Shown here: positions 50,221 to 59,878 of the stretch, one piece after another
Position numbering within the stretch: the first letter of the stretch is position 1
Layout: every line of letters starts with the position of its first letter
Assembly (NCBI GenBank): GCA_963665295.1
Contig: OY762209.1
Location: 1,312,001 to 1,376,000 of the forward strand
From: Syntrophorhabdaceae bacterium
GTDB taxonomy: Bacteria; Desulfobacterota; Syntrophorhabdia; Syntrophorhabdales; Syntrophorhabdaceae
Reading direction: 5' to 3'
Length of the DNA stretch: 64,000 bases
Made by a program: the position numbers and the translations under genes
Notes under the pieces: generated by a model
What the model saw: only the letters and a program-made list of their open reading frames with translations
Told to the model about the DNA's origin: nothing
Database searches by the model: none

Positions 50221-50877
50221 TTACACTTTCTTTTGGACCGAGGGTGGAATCCTGTCGCTATCGAGTATCTGAAGGATTATCTTATTGATCTTTTCATCGG
50301 GTCTCTTTAGCAGCGCGACAAAAGCGTCTACGGTCTTCTTCTCGTTTGACAATCTCGTCAAAAGAAAGAGGTTCGTACCGAGAAGGAAAAGGTCTGTCTC
50401 ACGTGTCAGTAGCCCGACAAATTCATCTTCCACCGCGACAAAGATATCCTGATTTGACGCTCTCAGGCAAGAATATATCATTGCCCTTGTCGCCAAATCA
50501 GTCTGCGAACCGAACAGTACAGGAGATTTCCTGAGGAATGCCTTCCAACCAACGCCTTGAACAGATACTATCGTGAGGCCCACCTGCCTGTCATGCTGGA
50601 CAGAGGACGCAAGCAATTTTTCAATTGCCTCTTCGTCAGGCGGCAAAGAGTTAACCAAGTTTCGTCGAGCCTGTTCCAATCTGCCATAATCTTCGGGAAG
50701 TCTTCCTTGCTGATCCAGGTCGTTATGGGTCAACGCATCGCCCGCCTGGAGATACTCGCCGGCACATTTATACCAGGGCGCGGAGGTGTAGTTGCTTGCG
50801 AAACATTGGTTTGCTACCAGGACGAGGATTGCTATAGTAATCGCTTGACCTGCTCTTTTAGCCACAAGGCACCTCAC
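50221..50877 (-). pseudogene. Secreted helical (HEAT-like) hypothetical protein, truncated by IS66 copy 3
   Basis: Signal peptide; stop codon supplied by the IS66 terminal TTAC. Confidence 0.65.
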
Positions 50878-50974
50878 TCACCACCGCAGGTCGATAGCCG
50901 GCCTTTCCCGCGTGTAATATCATAACAACGCCCGGCACATAAATCGATCGCTCCTAATGTCCCCCCTGATGGTT

Positions 50975-51250
50975 TCACTTATCGAGAGGGAAACCACATT
51001 TGCTGCAATTTCGCGGGACCCACGGCGTGAATACCATCCCAAAGTCAAGGCCCAAGAAAGGGTTTTGGTACACTGATTTTCCGCAACTCGGGCATCTCAG
51101 ACGTTTTTTTACGATCATGTCCAAAGCAAGAATGGGAATCCATAGCAGGAGAATCAGCGCATTATTCAACGCGATTGCCAACAGGCCCATACCAAAAAAC
51201 ATGGCAATCCCACATGTTACCCAAAGGTGTGCCTTCGAACGCAAACTCAT
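50975..51250 (-). CDS. Small membrane protein with C-terminal Zn-ribbon (cassette gene)
   Basis: AGGAGG RBS; two TM; CPSCG...CSKCG. Confidence 0.75.
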   Translation of the reverse strand: MSLRSKAHLWVTCGIAMFFGMGLLAIALNNALILLLWIPILALDMIVKKRLRCPSCGKSVYQNPFLGLDFGMVFTPWVPRNCSKCGFPLDK

Positions 51251-51444
51251 CCAGATGGTCCCCTCCTATGGTCCCGGAGTGAAGTCAGAGGGAAGTTCGA
51301 CCTTTATACAGGAAATAAATCTCGTGGCACTAATAGAGCCTCCCGGAATCCCCGGGCCATAGTTAACAGTCAGTCCTGCCGGAGCGCTATCTGGTTTCAA
51401 TATAGCTGTGCCCCCCACGTCCCATTACTGACATTCACATTGCC

Positions 51445-51609
51445 AGGGACGTCCATTAAACTATCAAACCAGCCATACTATACCTTTCTGTACCCCTAAG
51501 ATGATGCACCGCCCCTGCGGCATCAATGCGAGCTTTTCCCGGCATGACGATATGGTATCAGGGAGAGGTACGGATGTCAAGGGAATGTGATTATTTAATG
51601 GACGTCCCT
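51445..51609 (-). mobile_element. 165-bp miniature RAYT-derived element, copy 2
   Basis: Perfect 16-bp inverted ends AGGGACGTCCATTAAA; TTGACA-17-TACCAT; mini-ORF MPGKARIDAAGAVHHLRGTERYSMAGLIV*. Confidence 0.88.
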
Positions 51610-52568
51610 AATGTCCCACTGAACTTGAATTCACCGGAATCGCTCTTCTTCATCAGACATACGCCGTTTATTTCGCCACTGGTAGGCACTCGGATCAAGT
51701 GAATCTTCTCTGTCTTGAGATTGGCTACGCCGATATTATTCTTATATCTGCCTAAGCTGTCAATAAAGATTACTCGATCATCATCAATCCAACCGCCTAT
51801 TTCTTTGAATACGTGCCCGGTAAAGGATTGGACGGTTTTGCCCAACCTATCAGCGATAATCAAATGCCTGTTATCAGAGGAGGAATACGCTATAAGGTTC
51901 CCAGTTCTTGAAATGAAAGGCATTATCCCCTCAGCCCAGGGGGTAAGCACATGAGTCTCTGTATTCAAAAAATATATTCGAGGTGCTTCGCCCATTTTAG
52001 TCGCTCCCGACAAAGCCAATACTTTGCTGTCGGGACTCCATGACCAAGGAAATGCCCACCCTTCCTTAAACTCCCCGTAGTGCTCAAGAAGTCCATTTTT
52101 GAGATTCTTAACAAGAACCGACGCTCCATCTACCATTGCCAGCTTAGACCCATCCCTTGATAATACCGGGAACGCAGTCCAAGTATTGTCCAAATCTGCC
52201 AGACTTTCAAGCTTCATAGTAGCTGGGTTATACGTCTTTATGCGAACTCTATGTTCCATGTCGCCTGAAGAAAGCATTCTGGAGGTAAATATCTGATGAA
52301 ACATGAGCGTTTTGCCAGGCCCACATTTCAAGGCATTCAACTGGAAACTTCCATCTGGTTGTTGCCTCTTTGGCGCGGCATAAATTAATTCAGCTTTATC
52401 ATTTTCTGAACCAATTCTATATATCTTGTGGTTCGACAAATAGAATAGATCATTCCCAGGCGGCAAAATACTGCTCTTGTCCCCGTCAATGCCCACGCCC
52501 GTCGAACACCCCCCAATAAGACAGAATACACTAGTGATAAACACGAATGCTAATTGGCAAATCTTCAT
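51591..52568 (-). CDS. Lipoprotein with TolB-like beta-propeller (cassette gene); 3' end reads into the miniature element
   Basis: Lipobox-like IGGC; P.LSRDGSKLA, WSPDSKVLA repeats. Confidence 0.75.
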   Translation of the reverse strand: MKICQLAFVFITSVFCLIGGCSTGVGIDGDKSSILPPGNDLFYLSNHKIYRIGSENDKAELIYAAPKRQQPDGSFQLNALKCGPGKTLMFHQIFTSRMLSSGDMEHRVRIKTYNPATMKLESLADLDNTWTAFPVLSRDGSKLAMVDGASVLVKNLKNGLLEHYGEFKEGWAFPWSWSPDSKVLALSGATKMGEAPRIYFLNTETHVLTPWAEGIMPFISRTGNLIAYSSSDNRHLIIADRLGKTVQSFTGHVFKEIGGWIDDDRVIFIDSLGRYKNNIGVANLKTEKIHLIRVPTSGEINGVCLMKKSDSGEFKFSGTLGTSIK

Positions 52569-52756
52569 AGTACCTCACATCTCATTCAGGTATTTATTCC
52601 ACCCAGACACAGTACCATTTTGCATCTTATCCAGCGGTGAAGCAGTAGCAGAATTAAGCATCACCTTGGCCCAAGTTTGACAGTTAAACGTGAAGGGGAA
52701 CATTAGGGACGGGAACATTGGCGAATTGTCCTGAGTCAAGGCTGACTCTTAATGGT

Positions 52757-53494
52757 TTACTCCAGTTTCCCCAAATAAGCATTAATTACTTCCAAGAAAT
52801 TATATACCCCGTGCGCAATGATGCAGGGGTATAGAGTACCCGACAGTTTATATAACAACCCAAGAAGCAAGCCGAAACCAAATGCCGAAACTAAATATGA
52901 CAGTAAGATTGTAACGTTCATGTGATGAATTTGGACTTGGGTCATGTGAAAAATGCTGAAGGCAGCGGCCTGAACAATTATGCCGAACGTCTCCCCCCAT
53001 TTTTTCCTCAGACCGGTGTACAAAAATCCCCTGCAGTAAATCTCCTCGGCTATCGGACCAAGAACGGTTAGAGGAAACCCGCTTATCGAAATTGGGACGG
53101 CTATAATCATGATAATATCCGATTTGCGTAACGCGGCCATAGAAGATAGCCTCCCGGACAGAAACGCGGCCATGCAAAAATATACGAGGCCGGATGCAAG
53201 TCCGATCCAGATGATTCTTTTCCTTCCCCAGTTTCCTTGCCTCAAACCTAATGATCGTAAGCCCAGACCGTACCGCTTTTTGATCCAGACCGTCGTGAGA
53301 AGGATAGAACTGACCGCTCCGAAGTACATTGCAACAGCCAACTGCGATCTATCGCTTAACCCGCTTCCCATGACAAGCAGAAGAATGGCGAAGACAATGT
53401 TTCCAACGAAAAGAATGGTTGACGCAGCTACAATATCACAGAGGCCCCATACCTTTGTGTCTTCAATTTCCACTATAGGCCCCAGACCATTCAT
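52757..53494 (-). CDS. CPBP/Abi (CAAX protease-like) intramembrane protease (cassette gene)
   Basis: P.AEE..CRG.LY, F...H, SG.LYP.I.AH..YN motifs; start set at MNGLGP. Confidence 0.88.
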   Translation of the reverse strand: MNGLGPIVEIEDTKVWGLCDIVAASTILFVGNIVFAILLLVMGSGLSDRSQLAVAMYFGAVSSILLTTVWIKKRYGLGLRSLGLRQGNWGRKRIIWIGLASGLVYFCMAAFLSGRLSSMAALRKSDIIMIIAVPISISGFPLTVLGPIAEEIYCRGFLYTGLRKKWGETFGIIVQAAAFSIFHMTQVQIHHMNVTILLSYLVSAFGFGLLLGLLYKLSGTLYPCIIAHGVYNFLEVINAYLGKLE

Positions 53495-53623
53495 CGCTGT
53501 TGCTCCGCCCTTCTCCTCTCCAATGCAGGCTGAATCCATCGGTTCCACACGTCCTTAAGTACGGTAAGAGCCTGCCCGTAAAATGTTAGACGAGCAGGCA
53601 CCCCTTCGGGTCCATGGAACAAT

Positions 53624-53682
53624 AGGGATATTAAACTATCAAATCAGCCATGCTATAGCCTTTCTCTCTCACCAAGGCTTCG
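53624..53682 (-). mobile_element. RAYT element right-end fragment
   Basis: Encodes EALVREKGYSMADLIV*; near-identical to 42089-42150. Confidence 0.8.
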
Positions 53683-53822
53683 TGGTTCCATTGTGAAATG
53701 ATGGCCTTAGTTCTTCCCGAGAGCTAATTGTCGAACATGGATAATACCTTTCGCATATCTGAATTGTGTTCTGATTTTTTCAATAATACAAGAAGAATTC
53801 TCTCAATGTCCCCAAAGTTCCT

Positions 53823-54269
53823 TCACCTGTTGCCCCGTTCAATACCTCCTCCGTCTCTAGTTTTAAGGAGTTTCTGATAGAGCATCGCTTCAATTCGGTC
53901 AATCTCAGCCTTTGTTACCGGTAAATCAGGTTTGGATGGATTAGCTATGATTATGCCAAAATTCACGCAAGTATCATTGTCCGAGCCGCGCTTGAAGTGC
54001 AACATTATTCGAATCTTCGCGCTATTATTGCCGTCCCTTGCAATTTTCTTCTGGTAGGCAGTAACCAACGCACCTGCATAGGGGTAACTATTTCCGCCGG
54101 TCCTTGCGTATCCGTTATCCTCGATCGTTCCTTTTATGGCATCCACTTCATTATTCGATATTTGCGATACAAGGAGTCTTTATTTTTGCGGGTCGAGCAG
54201 GGTGGCACATCCATAGGTAGAACTAATGAACCAAATACACAAAACCGTCACCGCAAGTATTCTCTTCAT
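53823..54269 (-). pseudogene. Lipoprotein gene with a single in-frame TAA at codon 30
   Basis: MKRILAVTVLCIWFISSTYG-CATLLDPQK*RLLVSQ... continues in frame into ORF 53823-54146; stop at 54180-54182. Confidence 0.7.
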
Positions 54270-54524
54270 CGCGCGCCGTCACCCCGCCCGCCTTGTAGAA
54301 TACCGCCTTCTTCTGCTTGTTGAAAGCGTTAAAATCAGGGTACCTTGCGAGGGTCCCTATGGTTGAATCGGTGCGGGAAGGTTTAGGCACAGGGAATGGA
54401 TTTTCGTGACGCCCCTGCGCCCGTCATTCCACGGGGAGAGGGCCGGTGCGCGACGAGGGGATGGCAAAAAGGCTGTAATATGGCAGGGGGAAGGGGGCGC
54501 GGGTTGGGCGGCAGCAGTTCTTTC

Positions 54525-54551
54525 TTGACTTTTGACCGCTACATGTATAAT
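54525..54551 (+). promoter_or_regulatory. Probable sigma70 promoter of the rplU operon
   Basis: TTGACT upstream of TATAAT (spacing 15, or 17 to TAATAT), about 40 nt before the rplU start. Confidence 0.55.
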
Positions 54552-54590
54552 ATAAGTAGTTTTTTTCTAAACTAAAGGAAGGAGTGTATC

Positions 54591-54920
54591 ATGTACGCCA
54601 TTATCCAGAACGGAGGCAAGCAGTACAGAATAGCGGAAGGAGAGAAGGTTAAACTCGAACTGTTCCCGGGTGCGGAAGGAGACGAGATTGACATAAGAGA
54701 AGTTCTCGCAGTGAACAACGGGGAGCAAATGCTGGTAGGCACTCCATATGTCGAGGGAGCAACGGTTCACGGGAAGGTACTCTCCCAGGGAAGGGCAAGA
54801 AAGGTTACGATCTTCAAGTACAAAAGAAGGAAAGACTACAAGAAAAAACAGGGACACCGCCAGGCGTACACTGAATTGTTTGTAGAAAAGATATTACTGG
54901 AGGCACCTCATGGCGCATAA
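54591..54920 (+). CDS. rplU: 50S ribosomal protein L21
   Basis: MYAII..GGKQYR, KYKRRK....QGHRQ.YT. Confidence 0.98.
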   Translation: MYAIIQNGGKQYRIAEGEKVKLELFPGAEGDEIDIREVLAVNNGEQMLVGTPYVEGATVHGKVLSQGRARKVTIFKYKRRKDYKKKQGHRQAYTELFVEKILLEAPHGA

Positions 54921-55167
54921 AAAAGCAGGCGGAAGCTCAAGGAACGGAAGAGACTCGGACGGTCAGAGACTTGGCGTGAAGATATACGGCGGCCAGGCAA
55001 TCAAGGCGGGCAGCATCATCGTGAGGCAGCACGGCACGAAGATACACCCGGGGACAAACGTCGGCATGGGCAGGGATTTCACCCTTTTCTCACTGATCGA
55101 CGGTGTGGTAAAGTTCGACTCTTTTGGAGATGAAAGAAAGAGGGTGAATGTTTACCCTGCTGAATGA
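54910..55167 (+). CDS. rpmA: 50S ribosomal protein L27
   Basis: [16 protein letters not shown]. Confidence 0.99.
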   Translation: MAHKKAGGSSRNGRDSDGQRLGVKIYGGQAIKAGSIIVRQHGTKIHPGTNVGMGRDFTLFSLIDGVVKFDSFGDERKRVNVYPAE

Positions 55168-56162
55168 AATTTGTTGATGAAGCACGCATCCATGTAGAAG
55201 CAGGGGGTGGGGGACAAGGCTCAGCGAGCTTTAGAAGAGAGAAATTCGTTCCGAGAGGCGGACCGGATGGCGGTGATGGCGGAAAAGGGGGGGATGTAGT
55301 TATAACGGGGAAATCACACCTCACGAGTCTTCTGGATTTCCGATATAAACGCATCTACAGAGCAGAAAAAGGCAAAAACGGTAGTGGGGGAAACAAGAAG
55401 GGCAGGGACGGCAAGGACATATACGTCTCTGTGCCCCTGGGCACTATCGTGTATGATGAAAAGGATAACTCCATCCTTTGCGATATCACGAAGGATGGGG
55501 AGCTTTTTGTTGTCGCGAGGGGTGGCAGAGGGGGAAAAGGAAACTCCCATTTTGCATCTCCGACGCGCAGGGCTCCGACAATATTCCAACATGGTGAAGA
55601 AGGCGAAAAGAGGGACTTGAACCTTGTCCTCAAACTTCTCGCCGACGTGGGAATTGTGGGTCTGCCCAATGCGGGAAAATCGACCCTTATTGCGAAACTC
55701 ACGGACGCAAAACCGAAGATAGGGGATTACCCGTTTACTACATTGACGCCCACACTCGGCGTGTGCCGGGAGGGCGACGACATGTTTGTCATTGCCGATA
55801 TTCCCGGTCTTGTGGGGGGGGCTTCCCAAGGCAGGGGTCTCGGTATTACATTTTTAAGGCATATCGAACGGACGAACATGATACTGCTTGTCCTCGATGC
55901 CACCTCTCCCGACGTGGAGGGGGATTACGAGGTGTTGCGCCACGAGCTTTCGTCCTACAGGGAAGAGATACTTGAGCGGAAAAGGATCGTGGTGATCAAC
56001 AAGATAGACCTTGTTTCTCCGGAGGAGGCCGAAAAATGGGAATCCGCCTTTGCGGCCAGAGGGGAACAGGTGATGAAGGTAAGCGCTCTTAACGGATGGG
56101 GCATTGAGGCCCTTGAAGAAACGATAAGGGAGAAGGGGACCCAAAGGGTTACAGATGGCTGA
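55164..56162 (+). CDS. obgE: GTPase ObgE/CgtA
   Basis: [45 protein letters not shown]. Confidence 0.98.
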   Translation: MKFVDEARIHVEAGGGGQGSASFRREKFVPRGGPDGGDGGKGGDVVITGKSHLTSLLDFRYKRIYRAEKGKNGSGGNKKGRDGKDIYVSVPLGTIVYDEKDNSILCDITKDGELFVVARGGRGGKGNSHFASPTRRAPTIFQHGEEGEKRDLNLVLKLLADVGIVGLPNAGKSTLIAKLTDAKPKIGDYPFTTLTPTLGVCREGDDMFVIADIPGLVGGASQGRGLGITFLRHIERTNMILLVLDATSPDVEGDYEVLRHELSSYREEILERKRIVVINKIDLVSPEEAEKWESAFAARGEQVMKVSALNGWGIEALEETIREKGTQRVTDG

Positions 56163-57267
56163 CACGGCAACGGTAAAAAGGGTTGTAGTAAAGATAGGCA
56201 CCTCCGTCCTGCTCGACATGGAGAACAAGGTCTCCATCGGCAAGATAGAGAGTATCGCAAAGCAGATAAAGGCCATACGGGACATGGGCATAGACGTGGC
56301 CATCGTATCGAGCGGGGCCGTGGCCTGCGGGATGGAAACCCTGCACCTGAAAAAGAAACCCCGGGAGATCGAAAAAAGGCAGGCCCTCGCATCTATCGGC
56401 CAGGTCTCTCTCATGAGGATGTACAAAGAGACCTTTGAACGGGAAAGGATGAACGTGGGCCAGATACTCCTCACCCACGAAGACATAAAGAGCAAAACCA
56501 GGTGCCTCAACCTGATGAACACGATGAACGCCCTTCTCGGCATGGACATCGTGCCCGTGATAAACGAGAACGACGCCCTGTCGTTCAAGGAAATAAAGTT
56601 CGGGGACAACGACAACCTTTCGGCCCTCATCGCCCAGATATGCGACGCCGACCTCCTGCTCCTCCTCTCCGATGTGGAGGGCCTGTATGACAAGGACCCC
56701 ACCAAGGAGCCTTTGGCCAGGATGATCGAGGTGGTGCCGAAAATAGACGCGGATATCGAGAAGCTCGCCGAAGGGACCAAGAGCGAGAAAAGCATCGGGG
56801 GCATGGTAAGCAAGCTGGAGGCGGCCAAGAAGGCGGGTTGTTACGGCATCTGCACGAGGATCGTGGGCGGCGGCGTGAAAAACATCATAGTGAGGACCGT
56901 CAAGGGGGAGCAGCTCGGGACCCTTTTCCTCCCCGGGAAGAAGCTGGGAAGAAGCAAATGGTGGACCGCCTTTGCCTTCAAGCCGAGGGGAGAGCTATGG
57001 ATCGACGACGGGGCTGAGAGCGCCATACTCCACCATGGAAAGAGCCTTCTGCCTTCGGGGGTCGTGAGACTCGAAGGGGATTTCAGGCAAGGCGACTGCG
57101 TGGAAGTGGAGAACACCAAAGGCGAGGTTATCGCGAAAGGCATCACGAACTACTCCTCGTCGGACCTGACCAGGATCAAAGGACTGAAAAGCCGGGAGAT
57201 AGAAAAGAAGCTTGGCTATAAATATACGGAAGAAGTGATTCACAGAGACCACATGGTGATTATATGA
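56155..57267 (+). CDS. proB: Glutamate 5-kinase
   Basis: [30 protein letters not shown] domain. Confidence 0.97.
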   Translation: MADTATVKRVVVKIGTSVLLDMENKVSIGKIESIAKQIKAIRDMGIDVAIVSSGAVACGMETLHLKKKPREIEKRQALASIGQVSLMRMYKETFERERMNVGQILLTHEDIKSKTRCLNLMNTMNALLGMDIVPVINENDALSFKEIKFGDNDNLSALIAQICDADLLLLLSDVEGLYDKDPTKEPLARMIEVVPKIDADIEKLAEGTKSEKSIGGMVSKLEAAKKAGCYGICTRIVGGGVKNIIVRTVKGEQLGTLFLPGKKLGRSKWWTAFAFKPRGELWIDDGAESAILHHGKSLLPSGVVRLEGDFRQGDCVEVENTKGEVIAKGITNYSSSDLTRIKGLKSREIEKKLGYKYTEEVIHRDHMVII

Positions 57268-58508
57268 AACCCGAAGAACTCGCATACGCGGCAAAACAGG
57301 CGTCCAATGTGTGCGCCCATATCCCGACGGAACAGAAAGACCGGGCCCTTCTCGCCCTGAAGAGGATGATAGTCGAGAATAAGGAGTACCTCTTTGAAGA
57401 GAACCGGAAGGACATAAGGGAAGCCGAGGAAGCGGGCCTTCAGCGAGCCATGGTAGACCGGCTCCGGATCGACGGAAAGATTATCGACGAGATGGCGGCG
57501 AGCCTTGCCGATGTAGCAGCCCTTCCCGACCCCGTCGGCGAGATCGTGAAGATGTGGAAGAGACCGAACGGACTGAGGGTCGGCAGGATGAGGATACCCA
57601 TAGGGGTGATCCTCGTTATCTACGAATCCCGCCCCAATGTCACTGTGGAGGCCTTCTCCCTTTGCCTGAAGAGCGGCAACTGCGTAATCCTGAAAGGCGG
57701 CTCCGAAGCCCATAATTCCAACATGGCCCTCTATCGCCTGATCGGTGAGGCCCTCGCGGAGGCAGGCATCCCCACGGACGTGGCGCAACTGGTGCCGACA
57801 AGGGACAGGGCTTACGTGTATAATCTCCTGAAAATGGACGAACAGATCGACCTCGTCATCCCGAGGGGCGGCGAGGCGCTCATAAGAAGCGTGGTCGCCG
57901 AGTCCCGTATTCCCGTGCTGAAGCACTACAAGGGCGTGTGTCACACCTTTGTCGACGCGTCGGCGGAAATGGAGATGGCCCTCGCCCTATGCCTCAACGC
58001 AAAGGCGCAGAAGCCGGCCACGTGCAATGCCGTGGAAACCCTTCTCGTCCATGCAGGGATCGCCCATGCCTTCCTTCCCCCCATGGCAGCGCTTTTTGAA
58101 AAACACGGGGTGACCTTGAAGGGTTGTGAAAAGACAAGGCAGATCGTGAAGGGGATAGAGGAAGCGACCGAGGCGGACTGGTACGAGGAGTACCTTGACC
58201 TCACCCTTGCGGTAAAGGTAGTGGAGGATATGGACGAGGCAATCGCCCATATACGGAAATACGGCTCGGACCATACGGAAGCGATAATCACCTCCGACTA
58301 CCGCAGTTCATGGCGTTTTCTCCAGGAGGTAAACTCTTCCCTCGTGCTTGTCAACGCATCCACGAGATTGAACGACGGCTTTCAACTCGGCCTCGGGGCG
58401 GAGATGGGCATCAGCACCACAAGACTGCACGCCTTCGGACCCATGGGGCTCGAAGAACTGACGGTGACAAAGTTCATCGGCCTCGGGGAGGGCCAACTGA
58501 GGGTATAA
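57264..58508 (+). CDS. proA: Gamma-glutamyl phosphate reductase
   Basis: [46 protein letters not shown]. Confidence 0.98.
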   Translation: MKPEELAYAAKQASNVCAHIPTEQKDRALLALKRMIVENKEYLFEENRKDIREAEEAGLQRAMVDRLRIDGKIIDEMAASLADVAALPDPVGEIVKMWKRPNGLRVGRMRIPIGVILVIYESRPNVTVEAFSLCLKSGNCVILKGGSEAHNSNMALYRLIGEALAEAGIPTDVAQLVPTRDRAYVYNLLKMDEQIDLVIPRGGEALIRSVVAESRIPVLKHYKGVCHTFVDASAEMEMALALCLNAKAQKPATCNAVETLLVHAGIAHAFLPPMAALFEKHGVTLKGCEKTRQIVKGIEEATEADWYEEYLDLTLAVKVVEDMDEAIAHIRKYGSDHTEAIITSDYRSSWRFLQEVNSSLVLVNASTRLNDGFQLGLGAEMGISTTRLHAFGPMGLEELTVTKFIGLGEGQLRV

Positions 58509-59143
58509 TGGGCATCGGCATATTCGGCGGCACCTTCGACCCGGTCCACATAGGACATCTCAGGGCAGCAGAGGAGATAAGGGAATCCTTCGGCCTCGAA
58601 AAGATCTTCTTCGTGCCCGCCTACATCCCGCCCCACAAAAGGGGCAAGCGGATTGCGGATATCGACGAGAGGGTGGGGATGCTTAAGACGGCGATCAGGG
58701 GCAATGCATACCTGCGCTTCTCCGATCTGGAGATAAAGCGGGGTGGCGTCTCTTATTCCATAGATACCATAGAGACTTTTGAAAAGAGATACGGGGAGGT
58801 TTACTTTATAGTGGGGCTCGACGCCTTTCTGGAAGTGGATACATGGCACCGTTACGGGGAGCTTTTTTCCCATGCGAATTTTATCGTCATGCTCCGGCCG
58901 GGAGAGCGCGAGGAGTCCGGCCTCGATGCGTTGCCCAGGGACCTTTTGGACATGGTCACAAGGATCGACGAGTCCACCCTGCTCCATGCCTCGGGGAGAA
59001 AGATATACTTCCCGCGGATTACTCAGCTTGATATTTCGTCAACACGCATACGGGAGGCGTCGAAAAATCAAAAATCGATCAAATATCTTGTTCCCGACAG
59101 GGTAGAGCGGTTCATACAACAGAGGGGGTTATACAATACATAG
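58508..59143 (+). CDS. nadD: Nicotinate-nucleotide adenylyltransferase
   Basis: GIFGGTFDPVHIGH, PPHK, ISSTRIR. Confidence 0.97.
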   Translation: MGIGIFGGTFDPVHIGHLRAAEEIRESFGLEKIFFVPAYIPPHKRGKRIADIDERVGMLKTAIRGNAYLRFSDLEIKRGGVSYSIDTIETFEKRYGEVYFIVGLDAFLEVDTWHRYGELFSHANFIVMLRPGEREESGLDALPRDLLDMVTRIDESTLLHASGRKIYFPRITQLDISSTRIREASKNQKSIKYLVPDRVERFIQQRGLYNT

Positions 59144-59520
59144 TGGATACTAAGGAAAAGGCCCTGCTTGCAGGGAAGTACGCGGATGAGAAAAAGGGAC
59201 TCGATATCTCGGTGATCGAGCTTACAGGCCTCACGGACATTGCCGATTATTTCGTCATCGTGAGCGGCACGAGCGACAGGCACGTAAGAACCCTCGCCGA
59301 CCATGTGGAAAAGAGCCTGAAGGACGCGGGCGTAAAGCCCTACTCCGTTGAGGGGCACCAGCTTGGAAGATGGGTGATTATCGACTACCAGAATGTGATC
59401 GTTCACATTTTTCTCGAGCAGTTAAGAGAGCTTTACGACCTCGAAAGCCTGTGGATTGAGGCAAAGAAATACAGGATTGAAAGAGAAAATACGCAATTAG
59501 AGGTGCAAAATGGAGAATGA
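59143..59520 (+). CDS. rsfS: Ribosome silencing factor
   Basis: KKG.DI, DYFVI.SG.S.RHV, W..IDY...VHIF....R..YDLE.LW. Confidence 0.96.
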   Translation: MDTKEKALLAGKYADEKKGLDISVIELTGLTDIADYFVIVSGTSDRHVRTLADHVEKSLKDAGVKPYSVEGHQLGRWVIIDYQNVIVHIFLEQLRELYDLESLWIEAKKYRIERENTQLEVQNGE

Positions 59521-59878
59521 GAGACTCGAATACTTTAGGAAGAGACTGCTGAAGATGCGTGCGGACATCCTGAACAAGGCCAAGAAGCTCAAGGAAGATT
59601 CCTATTCACTGGGAACGGACGGCATCCAGGATATGGCCGATGCCGCAAGCAACTCATACACGTCGGACATACTTATGAGTATAAGTGACAATGACCTGCA
59701 TCTTCTCAAGGACATCGACAGCGCCCTCGACAAGATAGCCCACGGGACATACGGCGTCTGCGAAGAATGCGAAGAAAAGATAAACGAGAAAAGACTTGAA
59801 GCAAATCCAGTAGCGCGCTATTGTATTACATGTAAGAGACAAATGGAAGAAAAAGGAGCGGAAAGGCGGGGCGTTTAA
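59510..59878 (+). CDS. TraR/DksA C4-type zinc-finger protein
   Basis: D.AD.A, GTYGVCEEC...I...RLEA.P.A.YCI.CK. Confidence 0.92.
   Translation: MENERLEYFRKRLLKMRADILNKAKKLKEDSYSLGTDGIQDMADAASNSYTSDILMSISDNDLHLLKDIDSALDKIAHGTYGVCEECEEKINEKRLEANPVARYCITCKRQMEEKGAERRGV

Larger units (their letters stand above)
48285..50224 (+). mobile_element. IS66-family element, copy 3 (1940 bp)
   Basis: Same TIRs; several substitutions in the transposase. Confidence 0.95.

Noticed and set aside
44390..50224. Simple tandem duplication or collapsed-repeat artefact
   Set aside because: Copies differ in a mosaic way, spacers differ, and copy 1 has a proper 8-bp duplication; an artefact is not fully excluded without reads.
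32744..54358. Classical integron/CALIN
   Set aside because: No tyrosine recombinase in the window, and junctions lack RYYYAAC/GTTRRRY attC structure except one degenerate candidate.
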